From positions 15,384,655 through 15,448,654 of the forward strand of contig NC_134033.1 in the NCBI RefSeq assembly GCF_964204645.1: a DNA stretch of 64,000 nt, written 5' to 3'. Below the pieces are notes generated by a model. The model made no database searches, was not told the DNA's origin, and worked only from the letters and a program-made list of their open reading frames with translations. The stretch is from Tubulanus polymorphus. Its lineage: Eukaryota; Animalia; Nemertea. Position numbers and translations under genes: made by a program. Below, piece by piece: positions 47,824-62,800 of this stretch (the stretch's first letter is position 1; each line of letters opens with the position of its first letter).

Positions 47824-50800
47824 TTAATAATTCTGCGGCCCGATCGTAGCTGAAAAATAGAAATGAAAATAAACGTCAAAATTCCAGAAAAGCTTGTGTG
47901 CGTTCAACCAAACATCAATTGGTATGATATCTAAAGTATAAGAACTACAGTCAAACCCCGATATACCGCCCTCCCATTTACCACCACCCCGCCTACCGCC
48001 AGGTTTTCTCAATGTACATCTCAATACAAATACATAATAAAACACCCCCGATATACCACCATACTCTCTATACCGCCTAAATCGTTCTGCACCGATGTGG
48101 GCGCAGTATATTTCGGGGGCTTGACTGTATAACAGTGAAAGTCACGAAGTCATCATTATGTCGATGACCGATCCAAATCATGATTGACCCGTAGTAAAAT
48201 GGAATTGGAAATACAAAACTTGGAAATAAAAAAATATAGATGACTTAGCAAAATTACAAAAGTTATACTTAGTAAATTGGATTGGAAATAGTATACAAAT
48301 TGCGGCTAAAAGAAGAGACAACTTCAATACTGTGATGAATTATCGAAATGAAGACTAACACACTTTAGTAAATTGGATTAAAAATATGAAATAGAGATGA
48401 CTTAAGTGATCTGGACCCGGTTCCACAGTTGTGAGTTAGAGTTAACTCTGAGTTAAAGTTAGTTCATTTTCAATTAGTTAACTCAGAGTTAAACCTTAAC
48501 TCAGAACTGTGGAACTGGACCCTGATGATTTATTTGACTTGATTTGATTTATGTGATTGATTTACCGAGTGCGACTGTATTACCTACCAGTTTGAACCGG
48601 TTTCGTCGTCGGTTTTACGATCTGTGGTTGTTTTTTCATGATCAACGAAGCGGCCCAGTTGACTTTCATTGCAGACGGAATATCGTAAACTAGACCTCTA
48701 CTCCTCGCATCGTGCACCAGATTACACCAATATTCATTAAACACCTACAAACGAAATAACTTTTTTATTTCCACAGCAAAATCTTAGATCATATATGATG
48801 TATAAGTATTGATCATGAAAATTTAAACCCGCTCAACTGTGGAACTGGATTCAGAGTCAAATTAAACCCACACAACTGTGGAACTGGATCCAGAGTCAAA
48901 CTAAACCCACATAAATGTGGAACTGGATCCAGAGTCAAATCAAACCCACTCAACTGTGGAACTGGACCCAGAGTCAAACTAAACCCACATAAATGTGGAA
49001 CTGGATCCAGAGTCAAATCAAACCCACTCAACTGTGGAACTGGGCACAGAGTGGAATTTATTCCACATAACTGTGGAACTGGGTTCAGAGTGGAATTAAT
49101 TCCACACAACTGTAGAACTGGGTTTAGGGTGGAATTAAACCTACACAACTGTGGAAGAGGGTCCAGAATCAAATTTAACCCGCACAACAGTGGAATTGAA
49201 ACTACACCATTGTGGGGAACTGTCAAATTAGATCGACACAACTGTGGAACTGGGTACAGGATTTAAGTTCCACAGTTCCTTGTTTCCCAATCCGAACTGA
49301 ATGTACCCCTAATCAATACAATGGACTTACAGGATCAGTTTTTGAGAAATGACCGACGATATACAACCCATATTTACATCTAGTTAAAGCAACATTCAAA
49401 CACTTTTTCATTGACAAAAACCTGAAAACAACCAAAACAAAACTGAACAAAGTCAAGAGAAATCTACCACGTCAGGTCACAAGGACAGTCCAATGCCGCA
49501 TATTTAAACATGGTCCCTACAAATCAGTCATTCCTGGATATAAGGAGTTTTAAAGGAGAACATTTTTAAATTTCGAGGAAGCGTCTGCATCACTTTCATT
49601 ACTTCTTTATTTAGAATAAATTACTATATTAAAAATCCAGGTCCCAACTGTATCAATTCCTATTTCTCAAAAAAATAAGAAGTTTTTGGGACATTTTGGT
49701 AAAATAAAAGGAGTTTCAGGCACTTTTAAAAGCATTTTCTGTTTTGAAGGAGTTTTGGAGGAATTGAGGAGTCGTAGGGAACCCGTTTATAATGTGTCAC
49801 ACGTACCCTCTACTCGGCGTTTTCGCTATCGTTTTAACGCAGCTCAAAATGGCGTACGATTTTTCATGAACGGGAAGATTATCATCGGTGCAAACATCGA
49901 CGACGACATCGCTGAAAATAAACCAAAAATCGAGTTAGAAACTGATGATCCGGAACTGATGCGGACTTGGCGCGGACCTGATCCAGTTCCAGTTCCACCG
50001 ACGGACAGATGGACGACGTAATAGCCCGCTGGGACTTCAGTCCCAAGTGGGCTAAAAATGGCTAAAGTTTGATTTGTTGTCCTCATTGAAGTGACCACAA
50101 TAGTACAGTCAAGCCCCGATATACCGCCCACATCGGCGCAGAACGATTTTGGTGGTATAGAGAGTATGGCGATATATCGGGGCTGTTTAACTATGTATTT
50201 GTATAGAGATGTACATTGAGAAAACCTGGCGGTAGGCGGGGGTGGCTGTAGATGGGAGGGCGGTATATCGGAGGTCGACTGTAACTAACCAAAAATCTGA
50301 GTTAAGCTTTTTTCCGTGAACTTGGACCGAGAGCGTAGTTTCTGCTGTACCTGTTTTGCAGTTTCGCGTCGATGAAGCGTCTCTGAGCGGAATAAGGCGT
50401 TACGACGACGATGGACGACGGCTGAGTTTGAGCGAGAAGATTCTTAACGAGTTCGACGACGAACACGGCCTCATCTTCGTTTATAACGTCCCTGAATAAA
50501 ACGACGATTAGAAATTAGAGTCGAAATTTCGAACGGATTTCGATGAGGGCCACTTTCTGCCAATTTACAAATCCCCTCAGTTTTCCCTGATTTTTCCATG
50601 TGATCACGCACAAAACTCCCTCTGAGTAAATCAGAGAAATTTATAGGTTTCAAATGTTACAATTCATTCATTTTTTAGTGAATCACGAACTAATAGAGAA
50701 ACACGTGGTCAATAGCTTTATCCAAACTCCCTGAGTTTTTCAAGTTTTTTTTGGTAAAATTCCAAATTCCCTGGGATTTTGGTAATATTCATAAAATTCT

Positions 50801-53800
50801 ATGATTTAATTCTAGATTTTTCTGATTTCCCCGAGTTTTTCCATGATTTTCAGGTGAGGTCAGATGGCAATCGATCCAGTTTCCACTTACCCGAGATGAT
50901 GTTTCTGAGACGAGTAAGGCAGGTTGTATATTAGATAGGGTTGCATCATTTGCCTGTCGTGCCACGGAATCAATCGCCTGTGAATAAGAATTCATTCGTT
51001 TTAACCCTTTCAGTGCGTCTACACCGCAGTGCGGTGTACAAATCAGTGATGGATTTTGCTAGTACACCGCACTGTGGTGTATTGATGTCATTAGTAATTA
51101 CTAATTATCTCTCTTGAAAAATGGCAGCACGTGTCAAACATAGTGAATTACTAGTAACTAACGATACACTGCACCGCGGTGTAGACGCATTATAGCGGTA
51201 TTCCCGTTATTCAACACACTAGGGTGGAATTCTTTTAAATTATCTAATCATCTCCAGCACTATAGGGTATTGATAAGTCAGCACTGAAAGGGTTAAAGAT
51301 TAGGGTTAACATTTTTCAAAAATTATTCAAACTTAGCGAGTAGACACACCTTGATGTCAACATCTGCGATTGGTAGAAATATCGATTCAGATATCTGGTT
51401 AACTCGACGTTCATTCGGTACTGCTCCGTTAGTTTCATTATCGGTCCCGATGATCGACGCGTTGGCGTGAAAATACTGACCAATCGTTCAAATAACGACT
51501 GGTCAAATATTTTATTTCTGGCATCCTGTTTAAAATGAGAAGAGACACGTTAGCATCACAGTAGTCCGATAACCACCACTCACACGTGGTGAACGGGTTA
51601 TAGGATAAAAGCCCACTATGTACGATTAAAAGAATTTAAAATCGAGAATCTATTTCTAAAATGTAAAAAACACGACGTTTCGATCTCACACTAGAGATCA
51701 TCGTCAGGTGTGAGATATTGACTAAAAACTGGGGTATATATATATATAGAGGAGAACAGGTTAATCGAGTAAAATAGTGAGTGAGTAAATAATTAGTGTT
51801 AGCATCATACAGTATCAATCTGCAGCCTAGAACCTACAGCCATTCGGCAGCCTAGAACCTACAGCCACTCTGTAGCCTAGAACATGCACAAACTCAAGAC
51901 AATCTGCTGCCGGGATCAATCTACAAGGTTTAATGTAAATTCACCTCAAATATTATTTTAGGAGACCCTGAGAACACATCACCAAACATGACTAGTTTCG
52001 ACACTCCGAACTGAACTGGAAGAAGAGTCTGTAACTCCGTCAAATTGCACGCCTTTAAAATACAAAACGAAACAAGCATCAAAACCCATGCGAGGTCAAT
52101 GTCAGGTGTATGTGAAGTGTATGTGAGAGGTATGTCAGGTGTATGTTCGGTGTATGTTTGTTGTATGTCTGTTGTTATTGAAGTGTATGTTTTATTTGAG
52201 GTGTATGTCTGGTGGATTTGTGGTGTATGTCCGGTCTATGTGAGGTGTCTGGTGTGCGTGAGGTGCATGTCTGTTGTCTCAAAGGAATAGGTCTGGTGTA
52301 CGAGACGTGTATGTTTGGTATATACGAGGTGTATGTCTGTTGCATGTGAGGTGTATGGTAATGTATATGTGAGATGTATGTCAAGTGTATGTTGAGTGTA
52401 TGTCTGGTGTACGTGAGGTGTACGTGAGATGCACTCACCTGATCAATAATCGCGCAGTCGAAATTCAAATCTGGTTCGTTTTCTAACAATCGTCGCAGTT
52501 TGAACACAGAATCGCCCGTTAACGATACGCAAATAACGTGACTCATTTCTATGATTTTAATTCTATGCGAATTCAACGTTTCTTCACTCTACAAAACAAT
52601 ACACGTTCAAATACTCCGATCAGTTAGCGATCGATGATGTCATAGGGGGAACTCAAGGTCAAAGGCGTCCCCAGGAATTTTCATGGGAGGTTCGAATAAG
52701 CATCTATTCAGTATCCATGCACAATGTCTGATGGGCCTCCCCCCAAAAAATTTTTTGAAAATTGGAAGCTTTAGACGTTTTCCAGGCTCTAAATGAATCA
52801 TTTAGAGATAAAAGACTAGTCAAGAAAAATCTTAACCATTGATAACATAGAAATTTGAGAAGTCAGCTATCTCGAAAAGGGGATGCGTCTGCTACCCTCG
52901 CACCCCCCCCCCTTGGGGACGCCTACAATGGAGGTAGTCATCTTTGTGAAAGGGCGAATAAAATAAATCACTCAGCGATTTAATGCGATCATAAGGGGAA
53001 TATAACAGGTATGAAGGTCTTTACATAGACTAAGTATGGTAGGCAATGTGATGATGTCATAAGAGGATCTTAAGGGAGCAGCCATATTTTCTAGAAGAGT
53101 CAATAAGTCTAAATTACGGAAAACTGTTGAAAGTTCTGCAGAACGAACTACTACACAATTGGATGATGTCAAAGGGAGATTTAAGGAGGTGACCATCATG
53201 ATGTGACTGACAAACACATGATGTCATAGGGGGATTTACGGAGACAGCCATCTCTTTTGTAGAATGTTCAACAAACACATTTCGATCAGTCTGGTCTCTC
53301 TACGTACTGGAGGGTCTGTTTTGAAAGTTTTTTCGATGAGCGCCTTTTCTTTCTTTTTCGCATTGATTTCTCTTTCAATGTCGGACGCCTAAATTTACAA
53401 ATTTCAATACGAAAAATTAGTTTCGAGTCTCCAAATAAATTCCGTCAAAAAAATGTAATACTTTAACCCTTTCAGCCGTAATATACCCGTAATTCAACAC
53501 CCTGGAGTGGAATTTTCCAGAATGTACAAATTATCTCCAGCACTTCAGGGTATCAATTGTTAGCACGGAAAGGATTAATCATAAATCTAAGAGAATATTT
53601 TCCGAAAATGAATGTCAGATATTTTTTTTACCAAGCGATGGTGATTTTTGCTCATCAAGTCGTGGTACACAGTCGACAGTGCAGTGATCTTAATGTCAAG
53701 TGCATTTACACTTACTATGCTGCTGCTGCTGCTGCTGCTACTGCTGCACTTTACACTGCTGCTGCTGCTGCTGCTGTTGGCGTTGTTCTCCGATACAACT

Positions 53801-56800
53801 AGATTGTAATCTGTAAATAAATCAAAAAGTTGAAATAATCTGCTGATTTTGTTTAATGTCTGGTGTTTGTAGTTCATTTTCAATAAGAAATGTCTCAGGT
53901 GAAGTACTGAACACATGTGAAGTGTGGACGATCAGTTTTTGAAAGTGTGCTGATTAAATGGCTGATATCTGGGGTTTGTAGTTCATTTTCAATTAAAAAT
54001 GTCTCAGGTGAAGTACTGAACACATGTGAAGTGTGAAAGATCAATGTGTGCTAATAAAATGTCTAATGTTTGGTGTTTGTAGTTCATTTTCAAGAGATAT
54101 ACATGTACAAACCTTTCATGGCTAACTCATCCAGATAAACAACATTCACCCGGCTATTGGCGCTACATCTGCCTACCCTGACTACCTTTAACAGCGCCGA
54201 CTCGGACATCCCTAAGAAACCAAGACGCACAAGTTGAACATAACAATAGTCTCTTTACTGGTCCTAAAACGGCGGGTCGCGTATCTTCCCAAAGTTAGCA
54301 ACATTTTCAAATAGTTTTCTACTTACGTTTTTTTACTTGTTTGTTGCGTTCGGCTAGAAGTAACGAAGTCATGTAATCGGCGCTCTCCTCACACGCGCTG
54401 CACAGTAAAATCCTAGCGTTGTTTTTTTTCTATATTATAAGAAAGGGTCAAGTCATTTGATAATGTGATAAAAGATCTTTTGTAAATAGGTCATCACCTT
54501 TCCGGACCCAGTAGATTCCTAACTCTAGATCGATTCGAATTTTTGTTCAAAGTTAAGGCGATATAATATGAGTTATAGACAATGGAATCTAATTCACATT
54601 CTGGAGTTGCAACGGTTATAAATTTCAGGATTCTCGCGTTCAAGTTTAACCCTTTCAGTGTCGACTAATCAATACCCGTATAGTGCTGGAGATAATTTTA
54701 AAATTTTGAAAAAATCCACCCCTTGTGTGTTGAATAACGGGAATACCACTAAAGTGCGTCTACACTGCGGTGTATCGTTAGTAACTAATATTTCACTATG
54801 TTTGACAGGTGCTACCATCTTTCAATAGAGATAAACTAATTACTAATTACATCAATACAGCGCAGTGCAGTGTAATAGCAAAATCCATCACCGATTCATA
54901 CACCGCACTGCGGTGTAGACGCATTGAAAGGGTTAAGAGAAGTATATCCCATTTTACCTGTACGATCTGTTTGGCTAAACCGACAGCGCAGCGAGTTTTA
55001 CCGGTTCCCGGAAAGCCCTGCACTAGAACGCACTTGGGTCGACTCTCGTCGTTTAATACGCCGTGCAACGACACCTGAATCGCAACCATTTGTGATTTAT
55101 TAAACCACGACTGAAACGTAAAAGAGACATCTTTCAATTTGAAATTGAAAGCCAATTGTTTCAATTTACCTAATTTCGAGGGACAGTTCTGCGAAGGTCG
55201 GATAATTGAAACAGTGAAACAGTGAAAATCAAAACTGCATAAATCTCAGAACGAAATTCAATTTAAATAGACTGTTTAATGATATAAGCAGTGAATCAGC
55301 ATTGATAAATTTGCGGAAGTATGTTAAATCAGGGTTTGAATATTGTACGTGATTTGATGTTTGAAAGATTAGAAAATTACACCAAAATTAAGCTTCAATT
55401 TTCTGTATTTTTTGGGGGGATCGAAAGCTTTGCAACTTCGGCAGCTATTACAATGCCATACACTTAACAATGAATGCAGTCCCTCTAAAATTCCAGCACA
55501 TGAAGATCACTGATATTGGCAATGATGGCAGAACTGGAACTATGAGAATTGGAATTTGTAATCGGCAGTGAGCGCATTAGCCGCTGGGATATGATTAAGT
55601 CAAAACTAATCGATGAAACTGAATAATAAATTTGGGCAAAGTGATTTGCCTCGAAAACTGGAGCTTGTTGGAAAGGGCATTGCTAACAAAGGTAAACCCA
55701 AAACTCACCAGTAAACTGTAATTATTAAACGCTGCAGTTTCTAGGAACGTATCAACAAACAGACGACTTTTCAGCAACGCGGGAGCGAGGCTCGAACGCT
55801 CCATCGATCGTAGAGCCTCGATCTGAGATAGACCGTTGCAGATGTCGACGACCGGATTCAGTTTCAGACGTACGTTTAACGGGTACGGATAGTCGCGCCA
55901 CGAGCGGATCTTCACGTCGAAACTGATGAATAGCAATTCGCAGTCGGCAACCAGCGCTGTAAATAATCACAATACGCGAGATTTGGTTTTACTGACTGGT
56001 ATTACCTTTAACCCGGGGGGGGCTAACTTAATTCATTTTCAATTTAGTTAGCCCCATGGGCCAGTTGCACAGTCGTGGCTTAAGTCCAAAAATGATCTTA
56101 AATCTAAAGACTGGTCTTAAGTTGTTAGATTGGCTATAGAACGAAGTTGGTCTTAGACTGGTCTTAAGTCTAAGCCTTGACTATGCAACCTGCCCCAGGG
56201 TTAAAGGTAATTCCGGCCTATAAAACCGGTGCCTGGATTCAGGACAGATTGGAGGGTTCAACAAAATTTCTTATCTTAATTTATCCCTTTGCCCCTGAAC
56301 AAAAACCTTTCTGAAATTTTTTAGAAAACTGGACCGTAGTTTAACAGAAAGTGCCCTCGAAGGATATTTTTGTAGACATGAAGCGTCATTGCTTTTCGAG
56401 GATCCCATGAGGATCGCCAACCAGTGAGGTAGAGAGGAATCTTACCATCAGCCTCATCCCGACACAGCCAGGGCAGTCTGCCGACATTCGCGTGTGTTAA
56501 TGCCTCCGTTTTCATAGATTCCACGAATACAAAAGTCAACCGTTTCTGCTGCTGTTTCTGCTGCTGTTTCTGCTGCTGTTTCTGGTTTGATGTTGATTCT
56601 AAACGTGTCGTCCCGATGTCACCGACAGATAACGCATCACGACCACTCTTACTGTAACCTAAATTACACAGTTACCCCCTCTGAACCTCAGCCCCAGTCC
56701 AGGGGCCGGTTGCATAGTCATGACTTACACTTAAGACCAACTTAGCCAATCTAACAAGTTAAGACCAGTCTTAAGATTTAAGACGATTTTTTGACTTAAG

Positions 56801-59800
56801 TCATAACTGTGCAACTGGCTCCAGGAGCTGGTTGCATATTCATGGCTTCGACTTAGAGCAGTAGCAAACACTAAACACTCCAGACCAGTCTTAAAACCAC
56901 ATAACTTTTGTACTTAAATCTTGACTATAGAACCGGCCACAGAACCGGTACGTACCGTAACATCTGTAAGTCATCAATCTTCCTCTGGTAGTTTTATGGA
57001 TCTCGCGCGACAGACAAAAATGAATCGTTTCACGGCATTGATTACGTTGTTTTTTCCATGATGAATAAATCTACAAAACAATGACAAAAATCTACAATAA
57101 ATGTGCTATACAACTATATACTCACCCTCTCCCTCTCCTGGCTCTCCCTCTACCTCTCCTGGCTATCCCTCTCCCATTCCTTTTCCCTCTCTCCCTCTCC
57201 TGGCTCTCTCTCTCCCTCTCCTAGCTCTCCCTCTCCCTCTCCCTCTCCTGGCTCTCCCTCTACCTCTCCTAGCTCTCCCTCTCCCTCTCCCTCTCCTGGC
57301 TCTCCCTCTACCTCTCCTAGCTCTCCCTCTCCTGGCTCTCCCTCTCCCTCTCCTGGCTCTCCCTCTCCTAGCTCTCCCTCTCCCTCTCCCTCTCCCTCTC
57401 CTGGCTCTCCCTCTCCTAGCTCTCCCTCACCCTCTTCCACTCCCTCTCTCCCACTCCCTATCTCCCTCTCCTGGCTCTCCCGCCCCCTCTCCTGGCTCTC
57501 CCACTCCCTCTCCCTCTCCTGTAACTCCCTCTCCCTCTCCTAGCTCTCCCTCTCTCTCTCCCACTCCCTATCTCCCTCTCCTGGCTCTCCCGCCCCCTCT
57601 CCTGGCTCTCCCACTCCCTCTCCCTCTCCTGGCTCTCCCTCTCCTAGCTCTCCCTCTCCTTCTCCCTTTCCCTCTCTCTATCCCAGCTCTCCCTCTCCCT
57701 CTCCTCTCTAATGAATGACTGTATCAGTGATACTCACTGTTTCCCACACGTTTAATTCAACTACTTTGAACATAATGCCGACGTATTCGTCCAGATTATC
57801 GTATTCCTTCAGTATCGGTAGACAATTCGCGTTGTAAACATCGGGCGGAGGCACGTCGCAGCCCTTCTTCATATATCCATCTAAATACATTACACAAAAC
57901 ATAGGCAACAATACTAGAAGATAACATACGGACGTTATTGGTTGTATAATAGGCCTAATATATCGTTTTTCAGCAAAAAGCTATAAGAGATTTCAAAAAC
58001 GAAGCACACAATCTCTCTGTTCTAAACCGTTGCACAATAGTGACTTCGTTCTAGACCAAATAATGACTTTGCACAATCATCATTTGGTTCTAAAAACTGA
58101 TGAAAAATTAGAGATTCGCTTTTAAACTGGTGCAAGTGATGATTATAACTAGGTTACTAAGTTTCTGAAGAGAGGCAAAATCATGATTTGGTTCTAAAGA
58201 GACAGTGAACACCAAGTAAACACCTTCAGTGAACACTTCATACAACGAACACCATGTGAACACCTTCATTTAGTGAACACCATGTGAACACATTCATTTA
58301 GTGAACACCAAGGGGCCCAAAGCATTCCAAACTTTACCGAATTTTAACATTCTAATTTTAAGAATTGCGTACATACGGGTTGGAGTTCCCTCCCCACATC
58401 ATGATGGGTGCGTTGAATGGTGCCTGAAATTAACTAGTAAAGATTAAGAAAGTGACCGAGGACAGCCCTGTATGGACACCACTACCACACACAAACCCAG
58501 AAACAGGGAAATAGACACACGAACACACACATGGATGAAATACAGCGGAAATCCAACACCTATCAACACACTGAAATCTACATACCACAACGATCCTTAA
58601 ATTCAAAACAAACATCTTCAAATTAATCTTAGCAAAGCAAAGTCTTTATATCTTTACAGAGAAAATGGTTAATTCATCTAATCAGGTCAGTCGCTGGTTG
58701 GGGGAGGCATTTAAACTGATTGTATTACTTGAACGTGGCAGGATCTTGCGAAACCATTAGGTTTGAATCCGTACAGAGGGAGGATTGTTTGAATCCCTGC
58801 AGATGGAGGATTGTTTGATTCCCTACAGAGGGATGATTGTTTGAATCCCTACAGAGGGAAGATTGTTTGAATTCATAGATAGGGAGGATTGTTTGAATCC
58901 CTACGAAGGGAAGATTATTTGAATCCCTATAGAGGATTGTTTGAATCCGTAGAGATGGAGGATGATTTGAATCCCTACAGAGAGAGGATTGTAGCCCAAC
59001 ATCTGATTTTAGAGATAACAGTTATAGGCTACCGTGGACTGAGAAAGAACTGTGGAATAAGATACAGATTGATTTAGAAAGTCTTACGTTGTTCGGCGAG
59101 CCATTCCGGTCTCCAGAGTAGAACTTTCTCCAATAAACTCGTCTGATTGATCGGAGTCGAGAGAACGACCGACGGACGACTCCCATTCTGTTCGTTCCGT
59201 TGACTGTCGGAGTCGATGTGAGTCTCGATATACCGCGGCCGAGGCAATTCTGAATCCAAAAATCTAACGCGCTTTTTAACGGGCGCACGCGCGCGATCGT
59301 CGTCGTCGCCGACAGACACCGCTTGATTCCGATCAATGTCGACTGAATCCATTTGATTCCGATCAATGTCGACTGAATCCATTTGATTCCGATCAATGTC
59401 GACTGAATCCATTTGATTCCGATCAATGTCGACTGAATCTATTTGATTCCGATCAATGTCGACTGAATCCATTTGATTCCGATCAATGTCGACTGAATCC
59501 ATTTGATTCCGATCGATGTCGACTGAATCTGTTTGATTCCGATCAGGTTCAGATTTCGACTTCACGTCTGTTCGGTTGTTCATATCAATCACTGATAATT
59601 CGTTATCGTTAATGATATTTGGAGCAGACGGATTTTCGGTCGCTTTCGACTGACCCTCATCCGCGCGTGACGGTAACCGATGATCGTCTAACGATTGTTG
59701 CCTCGGAGACGGCAGTCTATCCAAATCCACGCAACGTAACAGCGATGATTTCAACTTCAATTTCATAGCTGATGAAACGATTTTGTTCGAATGATCGCGA

Positions 59801-62800
59801 TCAGCGTTTCTCGGTTTCTCGATCGGTTTCTCCCGCCGCCCGTCATCGTCGTCGCGACATTTACCCGCATTCTCACAACGCGTCGACCGTTTCAACATTT
59901 TCTCGTTATTTTTGTCGTCGCGTCCTTTCATCGACAGTTTCGCAGAGTCTTTCGCGGCGCCGGCGACGACGCTGCGTCCGGTGCCGAGAATCTTTCGTAG
60001 CTGATCCGATTGCGTTGAACATTTGGCTAAATTCGAATCGATATCCGCACAGATTTTCGAGGCGTCTCTCGTTAAATGAGTCCGGTGTCGATCGAACGTA
60101 CGTCGCGAAGTCGTAGCCAACCCCGTCCACGACCTCCTCGTTTTAGCGGACATTTTATGGCGCCTTTTTTTAACTTTTCTCGAATCTCGAGATTCATCGG
60201 GTGCCCGGGTTTTACCCGGTGGTTCATGTACGTCAGCTTCATTCAACGGATCAGGTGCATCATCATGATAATCAGGTGAACTTAACACAGCAGGTGCATC
60301 AGCTTTGTCTAACAAAATTGATTCAAACGAATCTGTCTTCAAATCCGGTTCATCGGCTACGTCTAAAAGGGCAGATTCATCTGCCGTATCAAGTTCCTCT
60401 AGATCCTCGACCAAATCAGGTGCATCAGCTACATCTAACAGTTCCTCTGCCATGTCAGGTGCATCAGCTACATCTAACAGTTCTTCAGCATCTTCTACGA
60501 ACTCAGGAGCATCAGCTATATCTAACTGTTCCTCTGCATGATCCCCCAAATCGGGTAGATCATCTACGTCGAGATCAACAGATGCGAAAGACGCCGGTTG
60601 AGTTTGACTCCGAGCAGCAACAGCAGCAGCAGCAGGTGCGCAGCCACTGCGCGAGTGAAGTCTACGCATTAGTCGATCGTTTTGTTCGAAAACTACAGCG
60701 AGCGTCGAATCGAAACATTTGCCGATTTTCTCAGCGCGAGATAAAACCGAACCGTCGCTGTAGCTGTCTGACTGCTGGAACCACGTCGGATCACCGTTTA
60801 GCAGGTACCGCCGATCGGTACGACCCGCGTCATTCGAATTCCGTTTCGCATTTTGAACGTCGGAGTTTTTCGACGAACTACGACATTCATCGGCAAAAAC
60901 GTTTTGCTCCGGTTCGAGCAGAAAAGGATCCATTTTCGATTTCTTATTCCGAACAACGCTACACGCATTCGGCAAATTACGTTTATTATTATTATTATAA
61001 TTTTTATTATTATTATTATTACTATTATTAAGGCCAGAATCGTCGTTTTGTTGCGGTTCCGTTTTGACGTCCGGGAATGATTCGATGATGGCGTCCAATC
61101 GCGACGTGTTCGACCTCGTCGGTACGGTCGTCGCGACGATGTGGATAATAGGGGGCGCTGCCGGCGGCGTATTTTCTACATTTACGCCGTTATCACTGTT
61201 CTCCGCGCTCGAATTACTGAGATCCAGTAAATCGTTCTCATCCGGAAACCATTTTCCTGAATTGTCCGTCCCGTTTTCCCCTTGTCCCGCATTTGATGAA
61301 TCCGAATTCTTTATGAGAACATTCCTAAAAATTGCCGCCATATCATCCGTGACCCGTATTTTCAGGTTACCCGTCGCCGCGTTAACCCTTTCCGCGTTGT
61401 TCGCGTTATTTGGCGGAGGTTTTTTCGCGTTCAACTCCTCGCGTTCGTTCTTAGCGCTGTTGCCACGCAACGCGATCCGATCGATCGTCGCGCCGAGGTC
61501 GTCGACGTGGAAACGGAAATCTCGCGCGAGATCGTGAAGCGATATCGATTTTCTCGCCGGCGGACGCGAGTTCGTCCGGCACGAATCGTCGATATCCTGC
61601 CAGAGTTCGTAAGCGCTACGTTCGTTACCGGACTGTCTACGTTCAGGAGCGGCAGACACATTCGATACCATCCGTCTGCTAACGGTCTCCTCATTTTCCT
61701 CCTCCTCCTCGTCGGATGAAGAAATTAAAACCACGTCATCATCGTCATCGTCTTGAGAATATTTCGGTTCAATTTTGATATCGTCATCGTCAGAACTCGG
61801 TTCCGGATGCGGGCCAGGACTCGGCGGGTCCGGATGCGGGCCAGGACTCGGCGGTTCCGGAATCTCGTCGTCATCGCTGGGAACTTGGATAACTTCGGCC
61901 TAGAGTTAAATAAATCAATAAATTAATATCGAAATAAATTGCGATCCCAGTTTACTGTAATTGGTCAGGATTTTTTGTCATCACTCACTTCGATGGTTAA
62001 ATCGATAATTCCAGTATAACGCGTCGGCTTATTACATCTCCTTTTCAATCTATTTCCAGCAACATCCGTCTCCTTCTTCCCAGTGATGACCTTCACCTCA
62101 TCATCGTCATCATCATCGTCAATGCATAAAGGATCCATATCAGCGGTGTGCGCCGTCAACAAGTGTGTGCCATTATATCGGCGTGCGCCGTCTGAAAAAG
62201 TTTGAAGAAATATCATGATTATAGGCTTTTAAACCCCATCAGCAGCCAAAATTAGATACCACTAAAATAGCAGTCCAGTTACTGACTAAACTACCCCTAC
62301 AGTCCAGTGGCGTCGGAACCGCAGCGACTGCAGCCGCGGCAACAATTTACTGAATGACGTTTATTTTTCTCGTTGAAACCACGTTTTCGAAGAAATTAAG
62401 TTAATTCGCTGCAGCAATATTAAGAACCTTCAGAATCGGAATTTGGCCGCAGCAATCAAAAATTGCTTCGAATACGCCTGCAGTCCAGTTATAGTCAGAA
62501 CTGTCCATTTAAATATTTTTTTTTTTGGGGGGGGGGGAGAAATACAAAAAAAGACAGGTACGAAAAAGGGCAGGTCTAGTTAGGGGGGCATAGAACAACA
62601 CTTATATTTGCAAGGGCCATTTGTAGTGCACTTCTCCAAAATATCTGGGGGGCACCTAATTTAGTAGAAAGTTCTACGTGCCGAAAAAAGGACTCGATCG
62701 CTCTAGTTAGTTACCTAATCGTTGGTGGTAAGCTTTTTATAATCGGATGGGCTTATACCAACGTTAGCCTGGTTAGGGATGACAAGGACCAAAACACGGT

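Noticed and set aside
57101-57718. Pro/Ser/Leu-rich or collagen-like ORFs
   Set aside because: Low-complexity intronic repeat between two helicase exons; no splice support.
59772-61719. Plus-strand ORFs overlapping the large helicase exon
   Set aside because: Antisense shadows of a GC-richer coding exon with no motifs.
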